This document shows positions 14,060 through 25,254 of a stretch of 64,000 bases of DNA, in pieces. The DNA comes from Heptranchias perlo (lineage: Eukaryota). The translations under genes and the position numbers were made by a program. Every line of letters begins with the position of its first letter. Position 1 is the stretch's first letter. The DNA is taken from NCBI RefSeq assembly GCF_035084215.1, contig NC_090325.1, positions 173,290,001 through 173,354,000 of the forward strand, written 5' to 3'. Below the pieces are notes generated by a model, which did no database searches, was not told where the DNA came from, and worked only from the letters and a program-made list of their open reading frames with translations.

Positions 14060-14140
14060 GGAACGCCCAATTTTGGCTGTACTTTGGTTGCATCACCTGA
14101 ACTTGGCTTAGCTATAAAAGAACCGAATCTCCCAGAGCTG
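14060..14140 (+). promoter_or_regulatory. Putative UCP1 core promoter (CCAAT 14067, HNF4-like TGTACTTTG 14078, C/EBP-ATF TTGCATCA 14088, TATAAAA 14113)
   Basis: Motif cluster with canonical spacing ahead of a candidate non-coding exon. Confidence 0.55.
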
Positions 14141-14269
14141 TTACGGAACAAACCACGACACAAAGTCCTGGTCATTCCAAGAAAAGAACAGTTGGTGGAC
14201 AGTGGGAGAAGAATTCCTCAGAGGTTTACTCCTTACTGGACAGTGTAAGCAAGCACACACCGGCTGAAG
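14140..14269 (+). other. UCP1: Putative non-coding 5' UTR exon of UCP1 (start approximate)
   Basis: Begins about 25 nt after TATA and ends AAG|gtaatt; would join the acceptor at 15081, 32 nt before the ATG. Confidence 0.5.
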
Positions 14270-14494
14270 GTAATTTTGATATATTTTAATGCACTAGTCA
14301 TAAATCTCAAACATTTCTCATTATTTTCGTTTGCAGTGGGAAAGAAACTAGTATTTATTGCATTTTTAATTGTGACCAACAGTTTTTTTCCGAATTCTAG
14401 TTACATTTTACCAATGTCTAAGAAAGTAACTTGCGCATGGAAAACACCCTCATTGACATAGAATTGGTTACAAAAGATTCAGAAGTGAATAATA

Positions 14495-14830
14495 AACTCC
14501 CCCACGGCTCAATGAGTAAGCACATGGATGGCGTGGACTGCAAACTGCCAGGCTGGATTCCCATTCTGCGCTGATCTCAGCCAGTGTTGCGTTTGGGGCA
14601 TTACAATGAACCTAAGTGCCCTGGGCTATAAAGGGGGGAAATAACACAAGGTCCTGGCTCCCGATCACTATCCAGTCACTCTACCTAGAAAATGTACACG
14701 CGGGGATGTTGGCAAGGACCGAATAAGCCTGGCCCACGTTTACTGTATGAAGGAGGTAGCAGGGGATAGCTAAGCCCGTGGAACCATACTCCAACAAGTA
14801 TCAAGGGCTTCAAGAGAAGAGGGGTGGGCG
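14495..14830 (+). mobile_element. Unclassified SINE-like interspersed repeat
   Basis: Core ctgatctcagcca...acaat...gtgccctgggcta...gatcactatccagt recurs at about 20300, 42350, 42790, 54660, 54870, 55410 and 57690. Confidence 0.6.
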
Positions 14831-15112
14831 GAGAGACTATTAATAAAGAAAATATGGTGCTGGGGATTACATGGATTTATGGATAGGATTGTGCATTTGT
14901 GATAAATTTAATACTGGTTAATTGAGGAATCCAAGGACAAGGTACAATGTGTGAAATGGGACAAATTTTGTTTCAAATTAAATGTAGAAAACAATGTAAA
15001 CAAAACCTGCATCATCTAAATCAGGAGGATTGCAACCTGACCAGTACTGTCAACAACATGATTATATTATTTCTTTCTAGCACTTTGCAAAGTTCTGCTG
15101 CCTGTGTTCAAG

Positions 15113-15238
15113 ATGGTGGGACTGAAACCTTCAAGCATTGCTCCAACTCCAGGTGTGCAGTTCCTGAGTGCTGGGACGGCAGCCTGTATCGCTGATCTCA
15201 TCACATTCCCCTTGGACACGGCTAAAGTCCGATTACAG
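15113..15238 (+). CDS. UCP1: UCP1 coding exon 1 ([42 protein letters not shown])
   Basis: ATG in context aagATGg; acceptor ttctttctag ends at 15080; donor CAG|gtaaca. Confidence 0.93.
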
Positions 15239-18200
15239 GTAACAAGAGAAAAACAAAACAAAGGATAACGAATTTAATTTATTTATTTTCTCTCTGAAAT
15301 ATATTCCGAAACTCAGTTTACGACCAATTGTATGTCTGGTTAAATAACTAAAAATCGTTGCATAATATTAATTATTTTGGAGGGAAAGCAAAGTTAAGGA
15401 ATTTAGCATAAATCAGAGTTTCAAAGAGTCAAGACATTATCAGTTCTTTCCACCTTAAAGACTTTCATAGTTGCCCACGGTTAACTCACGTGTCTGGTTT
15501 AGATTCAAGGAGAAACTACAGGACGCCAAGGAACCGTGGTTACCAAAAGTATCAAATATCGCGGGGTTTTTGGGACAGTCGCCACAATGATCAGAACAGA
15601 AGGACCGAGGAGTTTATACAGTGGACTGGTGGCCGGGCTTCAGAGACAGATGAGCTTCGCTTCAATAAGAATCGGACTCTACGACTCTGTAAAACAGTTT
15701 TACGCCAGAGGGAATGACCGTAAGTAATAATTGAACAGCGGAAACATTATTTAAATAAATATTTACAGTGTACATATAACTTGGGATTAAAAAATAGTTA
15801 ACACAGTGAGTAAGTGTAGAAATATCTTGGGGGTAGAAGATAGTTAACACAGTGAATGGGTGTATAAATATCTCTGGGGTAGAAAATAGTTAACACAGTG
15901 AGTGTACAAATATCTCGGGATTAGAAGATAATTAACACAGTCAGTGTGCTCTGTGAAGCCGATGCCCTTTGTAGACATTGGTTTAGAATTCAATGTACGG
16001 CAATGGAAGAAATTCAGTTGCTGTTTTCAGTTTTGTTCAATAAGAAGTGCATGTTCTTCCATTTTAATAATGCTTAAAATAAGGTATGGAATATAGGCAA
16101 CTGGTAATTATATCTGCTGTTGAATAACACAAAGATTTTACCATGAAACAGTTTGGAAAAAAGTTGTTTGTATGCTTATGTCTTGGTCTGAGGTGTGGAA
16201 TGCTGATTCTCCCTGTCTCTCCCTCCAGATGCCGGTATAGGTACCCGCCTCCTAGCAGGGTGTACTACAGGAGGACTCGCAGTGGCACTGGCTCAACCGA
16301 CGGACGTGGTTAAAGTTCGTTTTCAGGCACAAAGGAACCTCCGAGGTGTTGAGAAACGATACAATGGCACCCTTCAGGCCTATAAATCAATAGCAAAAGA
16401 GGAGGGAGTTCGAGGACTTTGGAAAGGTGCATATGTGTGTAACATTGATCAGTCTGACTCATCATGAATTTAGTGGTATTTCAGTTACTTTAATCGCACC
16501 ATGTTTGTCTTTCCTTAGGAACTTTCCCCAACATTACTCGAAATGCCATTGTCAACTGTTCAGAGCTTGTAACCTACGACATCATTAAAGAAACCATTTT
16601 GAGGAACAAACTGTTGACAGGTGGGCTGACAGCCATGGCTTTCTTGGCAAACTTAATTTCACATCTGTTTTTCTCCTTTCGCTGAATTCTGCATAGACAA
16701 ATACAAGAAAGTGCACCCGTTGTGTCACATTATAATTGCCTCTGCCTCATGAGCAAACTGAAGTCAAGATGAAGGTGTTGGGCTACATTTTGTGCTGTTG
16801 GTTAATTTTAGCTAAAAAGTAGGTATAATGTTGGTAGAAAGCCTACTCCTACTGTTCCAAAAGAACTTTAATGAAAAATAAGGTGAGGTGGGTGGGGGGT
16901 GGGACGATTTTTGTTACGGTCATTGATGAGAAACTCCTATAGTATTCTGCCACTGCTCAGTTCAATCAAAAAGAGTATTTTACTTTTTGGATTTGAGTTT
17001 AAGGAAGAAAGTTTGGAAGCGGTGACAGAAGTGAACAGTTGTGAGTCTCCACAGATTTTAGTGGATTGAAAGAAAATGGCAGGAAAGAAGGACGAGGCAG
17101 GCTCCTCAACTTTTTATTTCTCTTTTAATTAGTGTCCATGCTCCGTCTACAGCAGCCCTACACTGCGCACTGTTAGATTTTCACATGCACAGGGATCTCC
17201 CAGCAAACGTTGTAAAGCTGCACCTAGGCTCTTAGGCAGGTTAAGTATTTATTATGGATGCTCTTTGCTGGGGAGAAACCAGGAGAATGTTTGCATTTAA
17301 AGGGCTGAAAAAAAGACAAGGAAATGCAAGTCTATGCTGGCTTAATAAAATAATATGAGAGAGCGTTATCACAGGTAGGATCAGGCGCAACCACCTAACT
17401 CCAAGTTTATTGCTGCCTGTGTCATTTATAGTTGACATTTAACACACATTTTCACACTGCTGTATTTAAACATTTTATCTGGTGGTTAGATACGCTACAG
17501 AATTATCATTACACCACTATTAGGAGCCAGCTTTGCTTTCGTATTCCAGGCCATCCCCACCACCCTATCCCAAAGGTGCCAGCTGAGGAAAGCAGACAAT
17601 TTTTAATGTGAGGCAACACCATGGATGTGTGCTTGACTTGTGACTAAAAATCTCACACTGGGATTTGCCTGATGTTGACTGATATTTCTTTCAGACAGAG
17701 AATTGTTTTAAACACAAGGGGCGCTAAATTGGGCCATGTAGCGCACATTGTTTCGGCGCTACATGGCCTCTCCAATATCCAAGATGGGGTCTTGGCTGCG
17801 CACGCACGTTTCCAGTGATAGACACTATTTTGGCACTTAACACTCAACTCAATGCACAGTCTTAACCCCGACCATCTGAATGTGTCTTAGAGTGCTTGGA
17901 GGACCCCCACCAGTGCTATTTAAAGGGACCGTGCAGGATTTACAGGTTAATGGCTGGATTATTGCTTCTGGCTGCTGAGACATTTGTAACTGTTTTTGGA
18001 GGTCTCCTATAATTGAATACTAGGTCTAGGGGGCATAGCCTAACATTTAGAATCAGGACTTGCAGGAGTGAAGTTAGGAAATGCTTCCACACGCAAAGGA
18101 TGGGAGATGTTTGGAACACTCTTCTGCAAACTGCAGCTGATGCTAGCTCAATTGTGAATTCTAAATCTGAGATTGATAGATTTTTGTGAACCAAGGGTAT

Positions 18201-21200
18201 TAAGGGATATGGGGCTAAGGCGGCTATATGGAGTTAGGTCACAGGTCCACCATGATCTCATTGAATGGCGGAACAGGCTCGAGGGGCTAAATGTCACTGC
18301 CACTTGCTGCCTCTTGATGTGCGCCACCTTTTCCTGCAAGAAAGCGGGACATGTGTCTGGGTGCCTGTTATGGTTGAATAGCTGCCAGTGTGTGTGACCT
18401 GTGAGTTGTGGGTGGGCTGCTTGCAACAGTGGTAATGTGTAAGGTTGAGAGGAAGCATCTAATTGGAGGAGTTGAGTACTGATGGAAAGAGTTTGTTGGT
18501 ATGTGGATGATGGGGGGTGCAGTGCGTGGAGCAGTGGATGCGGCTAGTGGTGTAGTTGGTAGGAGACGCCACTTGACAATTGACCTCACTCACCTTGACC
18601 ACTCATGTCAAAGCCTTGAACTTCTTCCTGCACTGCATCCATGTTCATGATGTTGTGCGCCTGGCATTGACTTCATCCCCCGCTGCCTCCCACTGTCTTT
18701 TGGGTATATGTCTGGAGGGCCTCTTGCTCCCCTCTGCCCCCCGCCTCCCCCCCCACCGTGGGTATAGAATGTCGCTTCTTCTGTCCACCTCTTGCACCAA
18801 GGCCTCTAGTGCATCAGCAGAGAACCTGGGTGCATGCACTCTCACAGGCCTGGTACAAACTCCGATCGGCAGATTGGTGAGGTCTGGCATGCAGATTGGA
18901 GAATGTGGGATTTAGTAGTGTGCAACCTTTATTCAATGCTTTAAGATAACTCAGCAGTTTGTAAACATAGGGATGGGAGCTGCATCTTTAAGAGATTTTT
19001 AAGAGACAGCCTGCATTTTAGAGACTGAGGCTCCCCCTGCTAGTGGAAAGTCCGAATTGCATTGAATTCTCGTGTCAATGCTGATTCGAAACGCTGCTTG
19101 AAGGTAAGTCCTCAGGCCTCACAAAAGTCTTGTCCTGCCTGCGCAAGGGCCACTGGGCGCGGGGTAGTAGCGGATCACGCTACCTAGGCCCAATAATAGG
19201 CTGTATCCAATTTTTTTTTCCCCAAGCTCTCTTTCTAACAAAGAGCTTATGTTTAAATGCCTGTAGGTAGTAGCTGTTTTAAGTATACACAGTATCTGGG
19301 GTTTTGGCATAAACTTTGATTCATGGTGGAACTAGTGGAAACAATGTATGGACTGAATGAGCTTTTCTCTCCCCCATTTTTAGCACTGATATTCAGGTTA
19401 TGCTTATTATTTGAAGTCACTGAAGAAAAATTGTTCAGGTGTCAAATAACTCAAAATCTCCATTTCACAAAATTTCTGCATCAAAACCTAAAAGTTATCT
19501 GACTACATTTTAGCCAGAACCTTTGATAATGTGCTTTCACATAGCCACTAATTTCCTATATCTCAAATTACATCCAGATAGCTTAACACACCATTCACAT
19601 TAACAACCCTGTAAACTCCTTATCACGTCATTTTAATTCCTTACATAGGGGGCACAAGCTGAAACTAATTTCATGCCTTCACCTGGAAAAACTGTTTCCA
19701 ATGGCAGAAGGGTCGGTAACCAGAGGACACAAATTTAAGGTGATTGGCAATAGAACCAGAGGCGACATGAGGAAAATATATTTTTACGCAGCGAGTTGTT
19801 ATGATCTGGAATGCGCTTCCTGAAAGAGTGGTGGAAACAGATTCAATAGTAATTTTCAAAAGGGAATTGGATATATCCATGAAGAGAAAAAAATTACAGG
19901 GCTATGAGGAAAGAGCAGGGGAGTGGGACTAATTGGATAGCTCTTTCAAAGAGCTGGCATAGGCATGATGGGCCGAATGGCCTCCATCTGTGCTGAACCG
20001 TACTATGATACTTGAACAAACTCAAAGTTTGAAATTGATAAACATTTTTCTTAATTTGCAGATAACTTGCCATGCCATTTCCTCTCGGCCTTTGGTGCAG
20101 GATTTTGTACGACAGTAGCAGCTTCTCCTGTTGATGTAGTAAAGACAAGATATATGAACTCTGCTCCTGGGCATTACAAGAGTGCACTAAATTGTGCCTG
20201 TACCATGCTGGTTAAAGAAGGACCAACAGCCTTTTACAAAGGGTAAGTTCATCTACCTCAACTTAATTAACAGTAAGGTATATCTACATTTGTTTTTTCT
20301 TTTCTTCCTCCTTTACCTGCTGATATTCTCCACTCTCCTCCTTGCTGGGGGATGGTTGCACAGGGACATGTGAGCCTAACTACTGAGTGTCAGTAGACGA
20401 TTCAAACACAAAGGCATCACAGCTGAACCTGATCCTGTCCATACCAACAATCCACGCACAGTTCCAGCAGGAACCCTGGCTAATTTTCCTCTTCCCAACC
20501 TAGGGGTGCTGAGGTCCAATTGCACTGACATTCCTTCTGGCCTGGCTGAGATCAACTATCTCAGCACAGACTAGGGATCAAAACCTGGGATCTTCCTGCT
20601 TTCTGGATCAACTACTCACCGGCTCAACCAGCTGAGGCATCAGGGGAATATCTACATCATAGTACCATAGTAGGTACAGAAGGCGGCCATTCGGCCCATC
20701 GTGTCAGTGCCGGCTCTTTGAAAGAGCTATCCAATTACACTCTCCTGCTCTTTCCCCACAGCCCTGTAAATTTTTGTCGCTCTAAGTATTTATCCAATTT
20801 CCTTCTGAAAGTTACTATTGAACCTGTTTCCACCCCCTTTCAGGTAATGCATTCCAGATCATAACAACTCACTGCGTAAAAAAATATGTCGTCTCTGGTT
20901 CTTTTGCCAATCACCTTAAACCTGTGTTCTCTGGTTACTGACCCGTATTAGATATTTTCCTGGCTTTAATCAAAGCAAGAGACATTTCAAACCCAGATAA
21001 CCTCACTTAATTTTGCCAAGTCTGAAGTTGAGAATTTTAACATTAAAGTACACTGAAAGCAATTTATTGGGGTCATTTTTAGAAAACCACATTAGAGACA
21101 ATCCTAGAAATACTTTGGTGTATACCAATTTTGTAAGCTTCATTCAGGTTGAAAATTTGAAAGATTTGGGATAAACATTCATGGAAAATGTAGCTTATAA

Positions 21201-24200
21201 CCCCACACCTGTATGCTCTTTGCACAGATCTATATGGGTAAAAAGATAAAATGAATAATAATTACATTCAGCAATACCAACAATATGCTTTAAAACGGAA
21301 TTAGGGTTCAATCATAATGTTGTTATGAGCTCCTCTCACAGCTTAGTGCGTAACAAATGCACTGCATGATGTGGTACTCAGCCACATAAACTAGAGGTTC
21401 TGTGCTGAACCGTCTGATACCACTTGGCGTAGTAGTTACATTAAAACATATGGGGGGCGGGGGGTACATTTCTGCAGGGGTTCTCCCACTTGTCCGCTGT
21501 AACTTCGGTGGAAGATCCAAGGAAGGAATGGGATGATTACCATTTACACTGTTTTTCCAGGGTGTCTGTGTCAGTAATGGCGCGTGAGCAGGAGAATGTC
21601 AGTGGAAATTCACCCCCATAAATCGAGGACAGTTAGACTTGAGAAAATACCAGCTAGCCCATCAGTACTCATCCCTTTACAACAATCTTCAGTTTTGCTT
21701 GGTAGATGATTCCAAAAATATTCATCACTCTGAGTAAAAGGAAGTTATCTTTATGTTTGTTCTAAATTTATTATTCACTAATTTCCATTTGATGTCCTCT
21801 GGGCTTATTTTCTTAGTGTGCTTTAAAGTGGGTTATCGGGGTTCATTGTACCTAAGCCATTTAATATTTAATAAATTTTGGTGAGGTTCTCCCCTATTAA
21901 CCACTATCTTTCTTCTCCAATCTTTTCTCATCCCCATTACACTTGGCGTCAGTCTTGTTGATCTTTTCTGTACCCTTTCTAAAAAATGTATATTTTTTCT
22001 TTTGTGTTGACCAAAATTGACCACCATATTCTAAGTGAGGTCTGATGAATACTTGTAAAGATTTAGAGTAACTGCGGTAAACGTTTACCATTCTGACTAT
22101 CTTAGCAGGTTTGATGTATTTTTTTCAATTGGTACATTGGGTGGACATTGAAAGTGACATGTCTCTATTATTCCCAAGCCCCTTTATTACACCTTTCTGT
22201 GCCACTTCAATCCTATTCATTCAATATATCATGTCCCACATTTTTCAACCTATGTGTAATACTTAGATTTATCAGTTTTAAATTCCATTTGCCATGTATC
22301 TGCCTACTTGAATAACCAATCTAAAACCTTTTGCTGCATCTTCTGTGATTTCCCTATTTATATGTCATCAGAAAAGTTGAGCAGCTTACATTTGGTTTCG
22401 ACATCCAGATCACTTATATGGATGAGGAACAATAAGCATCCAAACACAGAGTCTTTTTGGATTTCTCTCATTACTTTCTCCTCCCCCCACGTCTGATATT
22501 ACATCTGGCTTGTGTACTCTTTGTTTTCTATTTTCTAACAGGTTTATTTTCTCATTCCATATTCTATCCTAGATCACTGTGGCTTTTAGTTTAATTAGAA
22601 GTCTTTCATGTGGAACATTGTCAAAAACTCCCTGAAAATTTAAATAAATGATATCATAGGCTATCTAGTTGATCTGTTTACATTCCAAAAGAAGTAAAGG
22701 TGGTTTGACAGGCAGGATCATCCCATTTTAAATCTATGCTGGTTGTTTCTTAAGTTTTTGCTATACAGGAACTTCTCCAGCCTGGCCTTTACAATTAAGT
22801 CCATTATTTTGCCTTTTATTGATGTTAGGATAATGGGTCTGTACTCTTTCTGTTGCCCTTTTAAAATATCAGTACTCTGTTTGACTGCTTCCAGTCCTGC
22901 AGAATCTAACAAATGCTTAGCAATTCTCCCATGATAACCACCAGTGCCCCATAAATTTCTTACCCTAGTATCCATCAGCACCCTACAATATATACTATCT
23001 GGCCCAGGGGATTTGCTAGTCTAGAGACCGTCAACTTTTCTTGTACCTCTGCCTATATAGCTTTGATAATCCTCAAGTATATAGGTATACTACAGGAATT
23101 GGATAACAGATTAATATTACCCTCTCTGGTGAATACTTCTACAAAATATTCATTTATATTTCAACTATTTATCTCCCATTTCTTTTCTTTTAGAGATCTA
23201 ACTTCTCTAATTGCTCTTTTACAATTATGATACAGGACAATTTTTTAAAATCATGCTTAACATCTTTATCTAAACTCATTTCTATGCACCTCTTTATATC
23301 TCTACTATCCTTCTTAACCCATTTTAGCAATTTCCTACATTTCTCCCAGAGATGTCTTACTTCTATTTGTCTGCAGGCTTTGTATACTTTGTTTTTTTGA
23401 GGACTCTTATTTGGCTTGCATTTATTTTTCTTGGCTATATGACCTTGTATGTTCAACATTATTGTTTCCGAAGTATTCCATTTTCTCTCAAGAAAATGAC
23501 CCCAATATGTTGTCTTTATCCTTACATTACTGAGATGTGGTTGCAAGGTGACCAAGGTTGGGAACTAATTATTCCAGGGTACTTGACTTTTAGAAAAGAT
23601 AGGCAAAATGGAAAAGAAGGGGGGGTAGCCCTGATAATTAAGGATGAGATAAAGGCAGTAGTGAAAAAGGATCTTAGCTCAGAAAATCAGGATGTAGAAT
23701 CAGTATGGGTGGAGCTAAGAAATAACAAGGGGCAGAAAACACTGGTGGGAGTAGTTAATAGGCCCCCTAATAGTAGTTACAGTCTTGGACAGAGTATAAA
23801 TCAGGAAATTAGAGGAGCACGTAACAAGGAGAAATCACAATGGGAAATAAGGAAATGGCAGAGACGTTAAACAAATATTTTGTATCTGTCTTCACAGTAG
23901 AAGACACAAAAAACATACCAGAAATAGGGGGAATCAAGGGTCTAAAGAGAGTGAGGAACTTAAAGTAATTATGATTAGTAGAGAAAAAGTACTGGAGAAA
24001 TTAATGGGACTAAAAGCCAACAAATCCCATAGACCTGATGGCCTACATCCTAGGGTTTTAAAAGAAGTGGCTGCAGAGATAGTGGCTGCATTGGTTTTGA
24101 TCTTCTAGAATTCCCTAGATTCTAGAGCGGTCTCCTTGGATTGGAAGGTAGCAAATGTAACCTCACTATTCAAGAAAGGAGGAAGAGAGAAAACAGGGAA

Positions 24201-24681
24201 CTATAGGCCAGTTAGCCTGGCATCAGTAGTAAGGTAAATGCTAGAATCTATTATTAAGGATGTAGTATCAGGGCACTTCGAAAATCACAATATGATTAGG
24301 CAGCGTCAACAGGGTTTTATGAAAGGGAAATCATGTTTGACAAATCTATTAGAATTTTTTGAGGGTGTAACTAGCAGGGTAGATGAGAGAACCAGCGGAT
24401 GTAGTATATTTGGATTTTCAAAAGGCGTTCGATAAGGTGCCACACAAGAGGTTGTTACACAAGGTTAAGGCTCATGGGATTGGGGGTGTTACTAACCGTG
24501 TCGTCTTCCTTGACCACTACATGCTAAATACTTTGGCTTCACTATAAATGTTCATTTCTCTTGTAGGTTTGTTCCCTCTTTTCTGCGCCTTGGTTCCTGG
24601 AATGTGGTAATGTTCGTGTCTTATGAGCAGCTGAAAAGGGCAATGATGATGGCCAGACAAAACCTGGATTGTGCCATGTGA
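15113..24681 (+). CDS. UCP1: Mitochondrial uncoupling protein 1 (SLC25A7), join(15113..15238,15503..15719,16229..16426,16519..16620,20062..20242,24567..24681), 312 aa
   Basis: Six GT-AG exons (126+217+198+102+181+115=939 nt) splice in frame. Three carrier motifs ([29 protein letters not shown]). Tail-to-tail with ELMOD2, the known UCP1 synteny. Loop [15 protein letters not shown] resembles fish UCP1. Confidence 0.9.
15503..15719 (+). CDS. UCP1: UCP1 coding exon 2
   Basis: IQGE...[50 protein letters not shown]; tttag| acceptor, |gtaagt donor. Confidence 0.93.
15768..15946. repeat. Minisatellite, about 46 bp x 4, in UCP1 intron 2
   Basis: Unit gtgta.aaatatct.ggg.tagaa.atagttaacacagtga. Confidence 0.85.
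16229..16426 (+). CDS. UCP1: UCP1 coding exon 3
   Basis: [34 protein letters not shown]...[10 protein letters not shown]; ctccag| and |gtgcat. Confidence 0.93.
16519..16620 (+). CDS. UCP1: UCP1 coding exon 4
   Basis: [34 protein letters not shown]; 102 nt. Confidence 0.93.
17719..19223 (-). mobile_element. Non-autonomous PIF/Harbinger element with Myb/SANT-like ORF remnant, in UCP1 intron 4
   Basis: TSD AAG; TIR gggcgctaaattgg / ccaatt..cccc; ORF 18645-18890 [23 protein letters not shown]...[10 protein letters not shown]. Confidence 0.8.
18015..18292 (+). mobile_element. CR1 3' fragment inside the Harbinger element
   Basis: tctagggggcatagcct...catgatctcattgaatggcggaacaggctcgagggg. Confidence 0.8.
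19680..20010 (+). mobile_element. CR1 3' fragment
   Basis: Encodes TRGHKFKV-like and [10 protein letters not shown] motifs, followed by 3' UTR. Confidence 0.85.
20062..20242 (+). CDS. UCP1: UCP1 coding exon 5
   Basis: [34 protein letters not shown]...[10 protein letters not shown]; 181 nt; ttgcag| and |gtaagt. Confidence 0.93.
20300..20645 (-). mobile_element. Unclassified SINE-like repeat
   Basis: Reverse copy of the 14495 family. Confidence 0.55.
20657..20945 (-). mobile_element. CR1 3' fragment, inverted relative to the 19680 copy
   Basis: Reverse complement of about 19712-20010. Confidence 0.85.
21452..21617. mobile_element. Short MITE-like element
   Basis: TIR gggggtacatttc / gaaattcaccccc. 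Confidence 0.45.
21660..23490 (-). mobile_element. Old degenerate CR1 LINE
   Basis: Fragments IRPHLEY.QFWS and YRPIILTS. Confidence 0.75.
23525..24490 (+). mobile_element. CR1 LINE fragments (endonuclease joined to RT, internally deleted)
   Basis: ITEMWL...[17 protein letters not shown]...ESVWVEL...RPPNS, then RT N-terminus. Confidence 0.88.
24567..24681 (+). CDS. UCP1: UCP1 coding exon 6 (last)
   Basis: [37 protein letters not shown]; ttgtag| acceptor, TGA stop. Confidence 0.93.
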
Positions 24682-25212
24682 TTCTCTCCATGGAGTGCAC
24701 ATTACACCTAGATCACAGAGCTACTTCTCTGCAGTCAAGTCTGCCTTATGGACATGAAGAACTGTTATTATAAATATGATCATTTTCAACATAGGATTCC
24801 AATATTTACAAAAGCTATTTTGTGTGAAATGAGATTCCATATTGCAATTCAAAATCTGTTGATATTCATTACTGGAAATTTTATAAAGCACATTCAGGGT
24901 AAATGTTTTTAACCAGTATATGAATGGTCAAAATGAAGCACTTTATTTTCATGGGATATACCTGTGTAAAACAACTAATACTATCTGATGGGGTTTGTAT
25001 TGCGTTTTTAAAAAAACACTAGTGAGTAACATGCACTTTACTGCTGAGATTTAGCAATTTCAAAACCAGGGATAAACTATCGGTCACATAGTTTGAAAAG
25101 CTCATTTCAGTCCTGTCTCTTGGCAATTGCCATTAGTTTGCAATGAACCTTGGCTAGCCACAATTCAGTAAATGTTTTATTTATTTGTCTGTATTTTTAC
25201 AAAATCAGTTTT

Positions 25213-25218
25213 AATAAA
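25213..25218 (+). terminator. Candidate UCP1 polyadenylation signal AATAAA
   Basis: First AATAAA seen, about 530 nt after the stop and just before a CR1 insertion. Confidence 0.55.
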
Positions 25219-25254
25219 AGCACATTTTACAACATACTGTATGTTGCCTTTCAT

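Noticed and set aside
15113-24681. Calling the gene UCP2 or UCP3
   Set aside because: Overall similarity is UCP2-like, but ELMOD2 synteny, the loop sequence and the DCAM tail favour UCP1; UCP2/3 form a tandem pair elsewhere
24670-24681. CaaX prenylation motif
   Set aside because: The cysteine is third from the end (DCAM), not fourth
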